From positions 15,314,001-15,378,000 of the forward strand of contig CM022666.1 of the NCBI GenBank assembly GCA_012295275.1: DNA of 64,000 nt, read 5' to 3'. The notes beneath the pieces are model-generated. The model was not told the origin of the DNA. It made no database searches and saw nothing but the letters and a program-made list of their open reading frames with translations. Numbering within the stretch: the stretch's first letter is position 1; each line of letters starts with the position of its first letter. The translations under genes and the position numbers were made by a program. Origin of the DNA: Chrysomallon squamiferum. Taxonomy: Eukaryota > Animalia > Mollusca. Below are positions 14,521-61,782 of the stretch, piece by piece.

Positions 14521-14838
14521 AAATAGTTAACATTTATTAGTTATAATTTACACTTAACTGTTATAAAATATATAACAAAAATACAACAATTCGGTATAAC
14601 ACCATAGTCAAATATAACAGCTGTAAAAACTATGAAGAAATTTTATTCATGCACATTTACCCTACAAATTACCAGTGAAATCAATTTCTGACTTTACTAA
14701 ATGAGACATCAGCTTATTTCTACATCCTGGTGGACATTTTAACAGGACAGGGACTTCATTCATAAATTTATATAAACGACATTCAGCCTTTGACAAGCAG
14801 GGAACTAACATTATTAAGTTACAAGCTGGGCAAACTGC

Positions 14839-16998
14839 TCAGTACAAAATCATTCCCTGTTCATTGATGCCAAGTCGTTTTTGCAGGTCAAAGGTCGTTC
14901 GCCTGAACTCATCCTCCATTGTGTACATCTTCTTCAGGTCTGCCTCAAACTTGTTTATCCTCCCTGAATTTGGTAAGGCTGATTTTGACCTCGGCTTCTT
15001 CACCTGGGCAACCTGCTCTTGTCCATTCTGGTTCATGTCTCTGGCAGAAGTCAAATTTGATTCATCTGTACTGTCCTGCTGATTTTTGTTGTCTTTCCTT
15101 GGAATAGGGTAAGTTGTTTCGTACTTGAGTGGACGTTCTTGTTTCACAGCGATAGGCGAAACTGTAGAAAAATTAGACAATCTGATTTTTATCTTCTGTT
15201 AGCATATCACAAGCATATCTTGATGTGAATAAATAAAAAAAAATAAAAACATAAAGTATACAAACTGTTTTTAAAAAATATTCACAAAATCATTCTGTTC
15301 TCACTGTCTCATTAAGCAAGTGATTATCAGTTTACAGATTTTGACTCAGACAGAATTTAACAATTTAACAAGGACTCTCTCTCAAAATCAAAAAACGAAT
15401 TTCAGTAGCGAGAGTGACATGACATTAGACAAAACACTCTCAGCATCTGCTAAGTTAAAGCTCTGTCACTTATGGAGTTAAACAGTGCCTTTAGTAATAG
15501 GAGAAAAACAATTAAAATACATCATGCATGCTTCCAAGTTGTGTTTCATTTGCTGTCAAGTTTTAATTAATGACAAATTATAACAAGAAGAGGATATGTC
15601 TGAAAATATTTGTGATCTGCCTTCATTTTTCTGTAGTCATAAGATAAAAGCATTCAGAGCAAACTGATATTTTCTAAAGTATTTTCTGTTGTTAGAAAAA
15701 TGCTTTTATTCCGTGATGCCATGACTCCAGTTGATGAAGGATAAAATGGTTGCACACAGATATGTTTTACTATCATACTTTGATATGAGTGATGACAGGT
15801 CGTTTACGGTAAAAAAAACCAATTATAAAAATATAAAGAATCTTTTTACACTGTTAGTCTGTTCTGAAACAGGTAAACAAAGATTTTTCTTACTTTTCTC
15901 AGTATTGTAGCCGGCACTTTTAGGTCTGGATCTCAAGTAGTCCTGTCTCCTCTGCAAAACTGCACTGCATGGACGTGACTTCTTCTCACTGGCATCAACA
16001 ACATCGTTGATGTCAAACAGATTCGACTGAGATTAAAAAAATGACACAGATTAAATGTCACTTGGGTGAGATTCAGAATGATGTGCAGACAGAAACAGTA
16101 CAGAAACAGGAGAACAAACATGCTTAGTGTTTATTGAAACCAAAATGAATTCTAGTGAAAATAAGATATTTAACAAAAATAGATTCAATTAATGATATAG
16201 TTATATCTGTAGCTATATCTCTATCTGAATCTGTAACTACATCTATCTGTCTGTGTGTATGTGTGTGTGTGTGTGTGTGTGTGCATTTGAATATATACAA
16301 ACACACACACACACACACATATATAATGTAATGACATTACTTGATATACTTGTATGTATATTATCACAGAGACCTAATTAAACTGTGTTAGTATCTTTTA
16401 AGTCAGTGTTCTTTTAAGTGATTGTCTTGTTGCCTTTATTTTTGTAATGGTCAGCTTGCACTTATACTAAGCTGTTCTGATGAAATGTGCTCTTCACAGA
16501 AAATGTCATTATTTGAAATTTTCAAAGAATACAGACAACCTTAATCAGGGCTGGCAGATGGCGAGAATTTGTGAGTTGTAATTAAAATGTGGCTGAGACT
16601 GAGTCTAATTCATTTTCACTACTCAACTTTTCACAGAAATAAAAATAACCTCATCTTAAAGCATTTGTTGTTAACACCTTTTAGAATGCTGCACCAACAA
16701 TGAGAATCAAGCTGTTGGCAACTGTTGAGTTCTTTGCACATTTGCATTGTTTTCTTGGTGTATGTGTTGTTGTTCTTTGTGTGGGTTTTAGTCACAGGTG
16801 TTTGTTTGTGGTATAAAATGTTTATGTTATCACAAACTATATCTGCATCTGTTTTTTTCATTAATATCTTGTTTGTGCTAATTTCATGTATTACAGTGGC
16901 TGTCTGTCTACACACACATCTATACATACATACACACACAGCTTTTGTATGTCCATATGTAAATATACAGCCACGTACACATTCTTACATATATTCTC

Positions 16999-17029
<31 letters not shown>

Positions 17030-17533
17030 GACACACACACAAACAGACACACACACACAAACACAGACACACACACAAACATACACAGACAGACACACAC
17101 ACACAAACACAGACAGACAAACATACATTTATTAACAACACAAGTTGATATACCTGGATGTATCTGTGTGGGTTGTCATATGAATCATGTCTTACATATA
17201 TTCTCTCACACATGCAGACACAGACACTGACACACACACACACACACAGACACACAGACGTACATACATTTATTAACAACACAAGCTGATATACCTGGAC
17301 GTATCTGTGAGGGTTGTCATATGAATCCTGTCTCACCCAAGGTCTGTCTGCCAGTTTTTCTGCAAACCTCTCAGCGTCCCCCTCCCCATGGGACTGTGCA
17401 GTCTGTGAAATCAAACATCACAGAAACACGTTTTAAATTTCACACTATTACTGTTTATTACTGATGTTATTTATTAACATACTTTATTACTTTTATTGTT
17501 ATTGTTGTTATTATCATTATTATTTTAATTTAA

Positions 17534-17570
<37 letters not shown>

Positions 17571-17631
17571 GTTATTTATTTATTATTAATATTATTTATT
17601 TATTATTGATATTATTTATTTATTTATTATG

Positions 17632-17673
<42 letters not shown>

Positions 17674-17830
17674 TAATTAATTAATTAATTAATCTAATGA
17701 ACAGTAACATAAGAAATCAAAAGATTTTTGTTCACAATTGAAAACCATGTAACAGCATACAGACTAAAACAGCTGCAGAAGAATAACTACAGAATAACTT
17801 TTAGGTACACATCATCACTTATTCCACATT

Positions 17831-17889
<59 letters not shown>

Positions 17890-20811
17890 ATAAAAATATA
17901 CCAGCACTTGTTACAAGGTAGAACAGAAGAGGTAAGGATGGACACCCTCTGTAAAAATACACAGATCTGCTTCTAAAAATATATGTATATATATATTTCA
18001 CAAAAAAAAGAAACCTTGCAGTCGTTGTTGTTTGCAGACCAGTTTTTTGGACCTGTTGGCTCAATGAACAACTCTTTCAGAGTGACGTTTTGTACGTCGC
18101 TGTTGTTGTTGTTGCTCTGTGTGCGTTGCATTCCTGCGGATCTGGAGCGAACTCTCTGCCTGACACCACTAGGTGGTCGTTTTGCTAAACCCTGCAGTGA
18201 AACAGATTATTAGTGGATTAGTAAGTGACTCTACAGTGGAGCAGATTAGCTCAGTGAATTTGTAATATAATAGATTAGTAGGTGAATTTTCAGTGTAGTA
18301 GATTATCTCAGTGAATTTGTAATGTAATGGATTGATTAACGAATTTTCAGTGTAGTAGATTATCTCAGAGAATTTGTAATGTAATGGATTGATTAGTGAA
18401 TTATCTCAGTGAATTTGTAGTATAATAGATTAGTAAGTGAATCTTCAGTGTAGTAGATTATCTCAGTGAATCTGTGATGTAATAGATTAGTAAGTGAATT
18501 TACAGTGTAGTAGATTATCTCAGTGAATCTGTAATGTAATGGATTAGTAGGTGAATTTACAGTGTAGTAGATTATCTCAGTGAATTTGTAATGTAATAGA
18601 TTAGTAAGTGAATTTACAGTGTAGTAAATTATCTCAGTGAATCTGTAATGTAATGGATTGATTAGTGAATTTTGTGTGGATTGTCCCATTGAATAGAAGA
18701 ATAATGAATTATGTCAGTGAGATTTTTCATGCATTGGATTTTCTTAACGAATTGTAGAGTAACGGGTTAATCAGTGAATCTTCATTCTAATTGATTGTAG
18801 CAGATAATCCACAGTGTAATCAGTGAATTTTTAACCCATTGGGTTATATTTGTGTATCACAGAGTAATGGATTTTTTTGATTTTTTAAAAATGCAATGTA
18901 ATCGATATCTGGATAATCATAATGAATAAGAAAAAAAAAAGATTATCTCAGGAAATTTCTAATATCAGATTATCTGGATTATAAATAGTAATGGATTATT
19001 TCTGAAGTAACAGGCTATCTGAATTACCAGAATGATTGAGTGAATTTTATGCATTGTTAAAAAATATATCACTGAATCAGTTGTACAGTGCATTTACTTT
19101 TTGGCTTTAAAGTGCTCCAAACTGCTCTGAAAACTGCTGTTTAACTGATTACATCATATTAATATGTCTCTTTTGAGGAACATCCTTTCTTTGTGTGATG
19201 CATGAATACATCACTGGAAGGATAACATCAATAAATATACAGTCATGATTATTTTTAGTGATCTGCTGTTTAACAAACCTTCCACATTTCCAAGTTAGTT
19301 ATTAAAGATGGCAGTTACTTTTATGTCTGTTTAACTTACCATCAGAAGATTCATTGTTTTTGCTTACCTTGTTGAAAGAGGTGAGAAACTGCTTGTCAAC
19401 CTGCTGCTGCAAATTGGCTACACTGCTTGCACCCAGACGCTTTGAAAACTGTGTCATCTCTCTTTGGTGTGAGGCCATTAACTCTTCCATATAGAGTGAT
19501 CTCCCTTCAATGTATTCCTGCTGTCTGTGCTGTATTTCCTTCTTCACTGCGTCATACTCCTTTTGTAGAAGCTTCAGAGAAAGTCTTTCCCAGTTTTTAA
19601 CAGCTGTTGACTATCAGAAGAAAGAAAAAATTCTAGTTTGAAATAGGTAAAGACAAAAAGTCTAATTTTATATAAACAACAATTACAGTAAATACTGATC
19701 AATATTTTGATTCAGTGGATGAATCTGAAAATCAAAGGTAATCATAAATCAAGTACACAAAAGAAACTACAGCAAAGAAGAAAGAACTTTAAGTAATTCA
19801 CCTTTTCATTGGCTAGATTCATGTCAAACATACCGTTCAGTTCCACCCCTAAAACATAAAATAAATGAAGAAAAAATGTATTTTACATGATAAATTTAAG
19901 AAATGTAATTGTAAACTTTTAGTAGTAATTCATCTACATTTACACTTAGTATTAATAAACTCTTTTACTTTTACACAGTGCATAAATTTTTCAAATAAAC
20001 ACAAAAGAACAAAGAAATAAACAAATAAAAAACAACAACACCCCCCAAAAAGCCAAAAAACAATTAAGTAACAAAATAATTAAAGACAAAGAAATGATTA
20101 AAATAATAGTTTTTATGACAAAAATATTCCTATACTTCCTGATATCCTGATTCAATTACAGAAATTTACATTCCATCACTGAAACCCCACACAGACATAC
20201 AAACCTACCCAGTTACTTACATTTTTTTTTAAACAAAGAACAAACAGGAAATACGCAACACAACAATAATTAAAATATAAGTAAATAAATAAATAGTCAA
20301 GCTTACCGACAATATTTGCCAAATGTAAATTTGCTGTTTTATCTCCATGCCACGATCTGAAGAAGATAAATAAAAATAATAACTGACATGCAAACGCAGC
20401 CACACACACAAACACACGCACACTCACCTATATTACCGTATCTGTCTGTCAGACTCTATAATCTCTCTTTGTCCATTTGTATGTTTCTCTCTGTGTATCT
20501 GTCTGTCTATCTATCTGTATGTATGTCTCTATATGTCTGGCTCTATAAATTGGCCTAGTCAACAGCCCACAAAATAAATGTATTATATATCAATAGCCGA
20601 CTGTCCAGTAGGACATTACAATTTGTATTTGTTCTTATTACCTTTTGATGAGTGACACAAGAACTGCAATTTGATCCTCTAGCTGTTTGGTCTGACTTCT
20701 GCTTGTCTGTAACTCCTTGCGAAGATCTGATACAGCTTCCAGCAGTTCCTTGTTCGACTGATTTTCCCGACGATGATTTTTACACTTGCATGTGCACATA
20801 ATAGAAGGCAT
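14839..20811 (-). CDS. Uncharacterised ~416-aa protein with N-terminal coiled coils and basic RPxSA-type motifs (8 coding exons)
   Basis: Phase-consistent GT-AG exons: 20811-20642 (MPSIMCTCKC...ELLEAVSDLRKELQTSRSQTKQLEDQIAVLVSLIK), 20356-20307, 19848-19802, 19610-19368, 18191-18015, 17402-17295, 16026-15894, 15161-14839 (...EDEFRRTTFDLQKRLGINEQGMILY*). Total 1251 nt, no internal stop. Probable 5' UTR exon ending at the donor near 22316. Family not recognised. Confidence 0.85.
18205..18672. repeat. ~59-bp (two ~30-bp subunits) minisatellite abutting an exon acceptor of the uncharacterised gene
   Basis: Repeating TAGATTATCTCAGTGAATTTGTAATGTAATAGATTAGTAAGTGAATTTACAGTGTAG-like units. Confidence 0.92.
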
Positions 20812-22439
20812 GATTCTTCTTCTTAAAAATAAAAATAAAAATAAATAAATATAAAATTAGAAATTGTTCAATTCTTTGTACTTTAGTAAATAGATTCCTG
20901 AAAGTCTGTATTGTTACTGTTACAGAAACAAGTATGCTGTAATAGCTGGAAAGGTTCTACTTCTCAAAAAAATAAAAACATGAAACAAAGTAAAAAAATA
21001 AATTTAAAAATTGTGAAATTCTACATTATTAAAATATAATAATAATAATAAATAACAAAATCCTCGAGGTCTGTATAATAATTATTAAAGGTACATTCTT
21101 TACAGCAGTCATTGTTGTTTTGAAGAAAGAAAACAAATAAGAAATTCAAATTAATAATATTAATAATTTATATCATCTTAAATATCTACATAATAATTAT
21201 TAAAGTTGAAAATAAATGTAAAACCAAGTACTGTGGTTCTGAACAAAAAATAATTAATTTTAAAATATCTTACAAAAATTTTAAATTTTAAAAATAAAAA
21301 ATGGTTAAATTGTGAAATTTCAATATATCTGACTAGTATTTCATATCAAACAGTTTGTATAAACTTGAATATCTACATAATAATTTTTTTTAAAGTGATT
21401 ATTTTTTAAATATATATAAACACAGTATGTTACAATTCCAGTGATGATAAAAGCAGAATAATACAGATATCTCCTTTTTCTTTTGATCTACTTTGGGAAA
21501 TATCTTCCTTTTTTTTACCGTTAACAGAATTTCTATATTTTGTGATTTAAAAGTTTTTAGTTTCTCTTTCCATTTTGGCTGTACTTATTTATCCTGTCTG
21601 GATCTTATTTGTGCTCGGTGCTATCTGATCACTACAATACTTTTTTCTGTTTTGAATATATCTTTATTTTAAGGTACTGCTTTCCAGAGAAAGCTTTTAA
21701 CAGTTTCAGTATCTGGGGTTGGGATTAGTGTCAATTTCTGACACATGTTAGCCTGCTTAGTCTTAGCACTATGATGATAATTTTGTATAATCAAATAATA
21801 ACTTTATATATTATTTTTGGAAGTTTGTGTCACTGTGTACAGCTTGTATTATTTCATATAATAATTATTCAATACTGATTTTTTCACAACTAAGAAAAAG
21901 ATAATAAAATAAAGAAAAGAAAAAAATTATATAATAATAATAATAATAATAAAACAAAACTCCCACAAAAACCAACAAATCCCTGTTTACATGGATGAGG
22001 AACTCTTTCCAATAAATAACTATGAAAATAAAATAAGATATTAACATAATAATAAAAATATTATTTTGTTACCATGGCAACCATGGTTTTTAATCTTTTA
22101 AAACGTTTGTTTCATTTATATTATATTATTAAAAGAAAAATATTTTAAAAGAAATACCAATTCCAAACTTCAAAGAAAATTTTCTTTTTAAAATTTCATT
22201 TAATTTGACACAAGAAGAAATGTATTATTTTAATCATTAAATGAAACTGACGATAAAATATTTTTATATCGAAATACAATATTATAATTATAAATATCGC
22301 ATATTCGTACATACCTCTGATGTGTTATTTATTACTTATATATTTAAATATACGGTTGAATTTAAAACAAAACATTAAAGAAAATGTCCAAAACATTGAT
22401 GAATGTTCGTTTCTTGGCGTCCATGTTGTTTACGTTCAG

Positions 22440-22935
22440 TCTCGGGCTAAAATAGGGACTTTAAAATTAAACAGTAAAATAATCCGAAACGAAATATATT
22501 AAAACTTACACTGCTAGACGTAAACGAGGTCATCCTTATATGAAATGGGACTATTTTATAGTGGCAGCTGCCTAAAGACTTTGTTTTAAATCAGTTGTAT
22601 ACCAATAAACTCAAAATACTTTGAAGTAGACAAACAAGTTCCGTAATTATCAATTTTAATTTATAGAATCCTTTCCAGATGTACAAAAATGATCACGTTT
22701 TATATGTCGAATTATTGCAATAAATCAAAGAACACATATAATAAATAATGTATGTATATATAATCCACTTAAATATATTAATTTTATTGTAAATCATAAC
22801 AGTTATTTCTTATTTAATAAATTATCACCAGCAGAAAACGTATTTTGAATTTCTTAAATCGTGAAACCGGAAGTATTTTCTGATACAAATTTTGTCACAC
22901 AAATATTCGTAACTCGTATTTATAGTTTGATAAAT
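22440..22935. promoter_or_regulatory. Putative bidirectional promoter between the uncharacterised gene (minus) and PDCD6 (plus)
   Basis: Head-to-head arrangement within ~0.5 kb; ETS/GABP-type site CCGGAAGT at 22867-22874; locally more CpG than flanking introns. Confidence 0.55.
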
Positions 22936-27755
<4,820 letters not shown>

Positions 27756-28231
27756 ATGCAACAATATTTACATTTACTTGCTCACTTGATCTACAGTTCA
27801 AAAACATTATATATAAAGCCATTATAAAGCCTTTTGCTGGCTTGAATTAACTTTTCTTTTAATTATAAAATGAACACAATACTGATTAAATTAATATGTT
27901 AATCACAAGTTTACACACAAATTCTTGGGATTTTAAATTTTCTACTGGTGCATAGTGTTTTTATTGTTGAAGGGGGACAATTCTAAAGTTTTTCAGTTTA
28001 TTTCAAGTAATATCCTAAATCATGTTACTTGCCTGCCTCCACAAAATAAATGAATCAATCTCGGCACATACTAAAGTTCATTAAATTGTTTTTGTAATGA
28101 GTAATACACTCTGGATTTGTAATAATTACACGAGGATATTATGTATTCATTAACAGAGGGGTTTTAACTCTAGAATTTGTTTGAATTTATATTATTCTAT
28201 AATATAGATCTCCATATATCTTCTTCTTTTT

Positions 28232-28269
<38 letters not shown>

Positions 28270-29022
28270 GTGCTTTATTTAGCTGTTGACAAAAAAGTTA
28301 AAAGTAAATTAATGTATAATTACTGTAATTACACTATATTTACTTTTATCCACATAACAGAAATATATTTCTTTTAGAGACATAACAGAAATATACTAAT
28401 TTAATTAAATTAAAAACAGTAATAATGAGTTTAATCAAATGAGATTATGGAAATTGTAACTTCTCTTGAAATATTAAGTTAATAATAATAATAATAATAA
28501 TCAATAATAATAATAATAAAAAAAATTATATATATATATAGAATATAGAGATAGAAGTCATAAGTAACTGAAAACATATAACTATCTAGAAGTAACTGAA
28601 AGAAAGCGAACATGAATCGAACGGATATGACGTTTTTATACAGTGACGTCTTATCTCCATAAATGTTTTATGTCACTTCCTGTTTACCGTACAAAGCTTT
28701 CTTTGTTGTCCATGAATACAAGTAACTCATGAGGCATGGACATTTTTCTCAGGATTGATTTTATTACATAAATCATTAGTGGCGTCACTTCATCAGTGTG
28801 TTATCTTAATAAGTACTGAATTATTTACCAAATTAATATAATAATTGTATTAATAGAAGTTAATGTAATCTTCAGAGCAACAGAATCATTCTTCGTTTCA
28901 GTAGGTGTTAATATTATGAAGTCAGATACGTGAAGTATTTATGTATTCGTTTGGTCACAGTATGGAAGGAAATATTAAGTATTGTATAATTATATAAACG
29001 TCAGTTTATGCCCTAGAACATT

Positions 29023-29118
<96 letters not shown>

Positions 29119-30106
29119 TAATTAATTAATTAATTTAATTTTTGATATCCTACATTATTAAAGTAAACTTAATTAGGTCCAAAAGAAATCCACAATATAC
29201 TTTCTGAAAGTAGCTTTAAATGTAAAATGTACTATGAAATCAATAAAATAAATATTATTTATTGTTGCGGACAATATAAGATGGCCGATTTGTGGAATAA
29301 TAATATAAATATTCGTGCATACATCGTGTGAATTATAAAAGTGCTTTATTCTCATTATTTTGTACATTCCTTGTAATACGTAGTTGAAATAAAGATTTAC
29401 TTACAATTTAGTTTCATTCTTCTTTTTTTTTTTTTTTTTTTTTTTTTAAAATTAGAATAATGTATACCAAGATGGCTGAGCTGATTAATAAAAACAATTA
29501 ATTGGTTTATTACTCTGTGCTGTTCGTTTTGTATACAGACCGTCTCCTCCTCCTCCTTGATTGTTTGATTAAAAAGGTGATACGGTTGGAAGTTACTACA
29601 GAATCAAATATGACAAAATGCGCATTTTGCTGCATATCATTTTAAAAACAATTATTTTGACAATACTGCTGTGCACACAAATACAAACATACACGTTGAA
29701 GAAAAATGTATAAATAAAATTACTTCTATCAAACAATTATATATTTCTTTAGATGTAAAATGTAATGCATCAAGAAACATATTTTCTGAAAGATGAAACC
29801 ACCAAAACATTTCTTGGGACAAGAACTGTACATCTGTATTGGATGTTTGAATTACAATTGGGCACTGCATTCTGCATGAATTAATACAGCCAATGGTGAC
29901 TGACACATACTCTTTTGTAGAAATGGTAGTTGGTCACGGGAATATTGGTTCATTTAGAAAGTTATGATACTGTTAAAAAGCCAACGACGACGATCAATTT
30001 GAACGAAAACGAAATTCGTTTGTAATGGTTTCAAAATGAAAGGGAAATAATCCACTGTCGCAACCCTTTCCTAACAGAGGTCGCCCTTGTTAGAAAATAC
30101 CAGCCG

Positions 30107-42833
<12,727 letters not shown>

Positions 42834-43435
42834 ATCATAATAGTGTTTTTTTTCATTTGTTTACCGATTATTATTATTGTTGTTAAAAATTCATTGCGTT
42901 GTTAATATTATTTATTTATTATAATTTAATATTAATATTGTTCTCATAATAGTTTTTTTTTTTTAATTATTAAATATTATTAATTAATTATTTTTTATTA
43001 TTTATTTATTATAATTTAATATTAATATTGTTCTCATAATATATATATTTTTTAATTATTAAATATTATTAATTAATTATTTAGTATTATTTATTAATTT
43101 ATCATTATTTTCATGATTATTAAATATTACTGATATTATTATTATTTTTTCTTTTATTATTAAATATTTGTATTACTATTATTACTATTATTACTATTAT
43201 TATTATTATTATTATTATTATCATCATCATTATTATTATATTATTATTATCATTATTATTTAATCATCATCACCGTTATTATTGTTTTCTTCTTTTTTAT
43301 TGTTTATTATCACCATCATCACCATCAATATTATTATGGTTTGAGAATGGAAGAAAATATTGTATATGTTGTGTTATGTACTGAGCAGGTTAAAACAGTT
43401 TAAAAACATCGTCATTGACATTATTATTACTTAAA

Positions 43436-43479
<44 letters not shown>

Positions 43480-43706
43480 ATTTAATACAGTTACTACATA
43501 TAGCATTATTGTATTTATCTTGCTGTTTGAAAAATATGACTGTAAGAAAAATATTCCAGTTAACACTGAAATTTAAAACTAGTCCAAACATAAGAAATTT
43601 AATATAAAATTTATTTGAATGTTATAATATTTCGCACAATTCAGAAATTTGTTGATAACGTACAAACGTTTACATATTGTCATAAGAGCTTTTTTTAAAT
43701 TTTTTT

Positions 43707-43737
<31 letters not shown>

Positions 43738-44213
43738 TTTTATTGTATTATAAATATCTTATAAGTTTAAATTTATTTATTTTGGATGTTATTTTTATTT
43801 ATTTATTTATCTATTTATTTATTTGTTCTTGATTTGATGGTAGTGCTGATTCTTTTCTTTTCATTTAGTGATGTCATAACGATATGAAACTGTTGACTTC
43901 AGCAAATATATTTTCATTATTTAATAATACAACGTTCTTCGTTGTCAGTGTGAATCCTGTCTGTTGACAGACTTTGTTAAATACATGAAAATATTAAATC
44001 ATTTCATTGTTGTTCGTTGTGTTTTATTTTAGTTAATCAATTAATCTGTAGCTATCTCGGTGATAAGCTGTTATACTATTTTAAAGCATGCATATATTTC
44101 AGTAGTATTATTTTATCGCCGATTTGCATTTTCTGAAAGAGATGGCAGAAAGGGGAGGTAATTAAATCATATCTTTCTACGTCTGCATTAGATCTGCATG
44201 TAAATGGACAACG

Positions 44214-44304
<91 letters not shown>

Positions 44305-44520
44305 AGAAAAAATTTAATGTCAATTGAGAATTTCAGTATCTTTCTTTTCATTTTTGAGAAAACTGGAACGTCTGTGACAGACATAAACACAAATCTAAAC
44401 ATTATCAAGATTTGTGATATTTGTTGATGCATACATATATCAGTGTTTCATAGAATATATAAACAATTCTTATTTCCCCCGTTATATGTTAAATTTAATA
44501 GTAATGATGATGATGATATC

Positions 44521-44551
<31 letters not shown>

Positions 44552-45264
44552 AAAATAAAATTTAAACAACAACAAACAAACAAACGAACAAAAGAGACCC
44601 AACTAAAATATCAAAATATATAAAATATTTTTATTTCAAAATTGCAACAATTGATACAGTTTGCGATTATAACTCTAGGAAAAGATAAATTTGATAAAAA
44701 CTGTATTTACACTAAAGAAAATAAATTCAACAACTTGATAACACTTGAAGTGTACAGGTGAAATAGAGAGTCGAAGTGTCTATCGGAGATTCACATGCGT
44801 ACAAAATTCTCATTCAGTGAAGGTTGCTATTTCCACATGTAACGAGAAATTATAACTGATATTAAATTAACTGGTTATTATGAGAGTGAAACTTGGAATG
44901 ATTCATCCACATCTGTTCTGAAAGTTCTATAATTCTGAGGTAATTAAATACTCATCACTGACAGAACCACAGATAAAACGACAGTTATATTTTACATTAA
45001 ATGTGTGTTATTTTAAATTATATATTTATATCATATTATATTATATTACATTATACTATACTATATTATATTGTGTTATGTTATGTTATGTTATTTTATA
45101 TTATTACAATTTATAGAGTGCAGAAAGGGGAGGTATTTAAAATCACATCTTCTGTTTGGTATTTTAATTGTTGTTATTGTTGTTGTCGTTATTCTTATTA
45201 TCATTATTTTGAGTTTATAACTGGTGTTTGCTTATTACTTTATCTCTAACACGCAGGCACACAC

Positions 45265-45338
<74 letters not shown>

Positions 45339-46131
45339 CGTCTCTCACTGTTAATCAGTTTAATTTAATTCTGTTTCTTTAACAAATGAATTACTGATAC
45401 GTTTTCAAATGTTATTATTACAGTTTCTACATTTATGTTTTTACCGTTGTTCTCAGCTGGTAACAGAGGGGCAGCGTTTTAACGTAACGATAAACTGAAT
45501 ATTTGATGTTTTAAGATACCGACATCTGTTCTTAGGATTGCGCAGGTACTGGACCATTTATCTGGACCAGAAATCGGGAAAATCGAGAAAAACAGCAATT
45601 TTTTTTTTTAAGTTTGAATCAGGCGTCCTTTCTAGTTTCCACGAAGCCAGTTCAAATGAGAGTGTTGCAGTGTGTAGGTGATTCTGTTACAATAAGTTAT
45701 TATTTGTTTCAGTTTAGCCCTCATTTTTCGTTTATTGTCCGGTCTAAAATTCTGGCACAAACGACGATTGCCAGAGAAAAGCGTATTCAGAACAGGTGTT
45801 TGAGAATTTTGAATAAATTAATAAAAATCAAACACACTGTATTTTGAAGTATATTAATTTGTATCAGTTAATTACATATTCATTGTTTGTTTTATTTTTT
45901 AAGAACATTTTTAATGTTATTAATAATACTAATACTACTAGTACTACTACTACTAATAATAATACCAATAGATGAATTTTACAAAATGCGTATAAAACAA
46001 AATCTAAATATTTTAAACATTTAAATATATAATCTACTTATGTTTGTACCTAATGACACATTATTTTTTTAATTGTACTTCTAGCTTGATGCTAATAAAT
46101 TCTGAAAAATAAACTAAAACAAGTACATAAC

Positions 46132-61782
<15,651 letters not shown>

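Noticed and set aside
19340-19367. Second strong donor (GTAAGT) 28 nt beyond the exon end at 19368
   Set aside because: Out of phase with the next exon (18191), so not used in the gene model.
21470-21770. Less AT-skewed stretch in the first intron of the uncharacterised gene
   Set aside because: Only a short ORF ending in a stop; no phase-compatible exon found.
28620-30100. Promoter-like motifs (ETS CACTTCCTG, YY1-like AAGATGGC) and an 8-bp hairpin at 28707-28742 suggesting a small extra gene or ncRNA
   Set aside because: No ORF, spliced structure or RNA family could be supported; may simply be ZNF341 upstream regulatory DNA.
44145-45155. GCAGAAAGGGGAGGTA-containing ~30-bp motif present twice about 1 kb apart
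   Set aside because: Too short to define LTRs or an element; probably fragments of a dispersed repeat.
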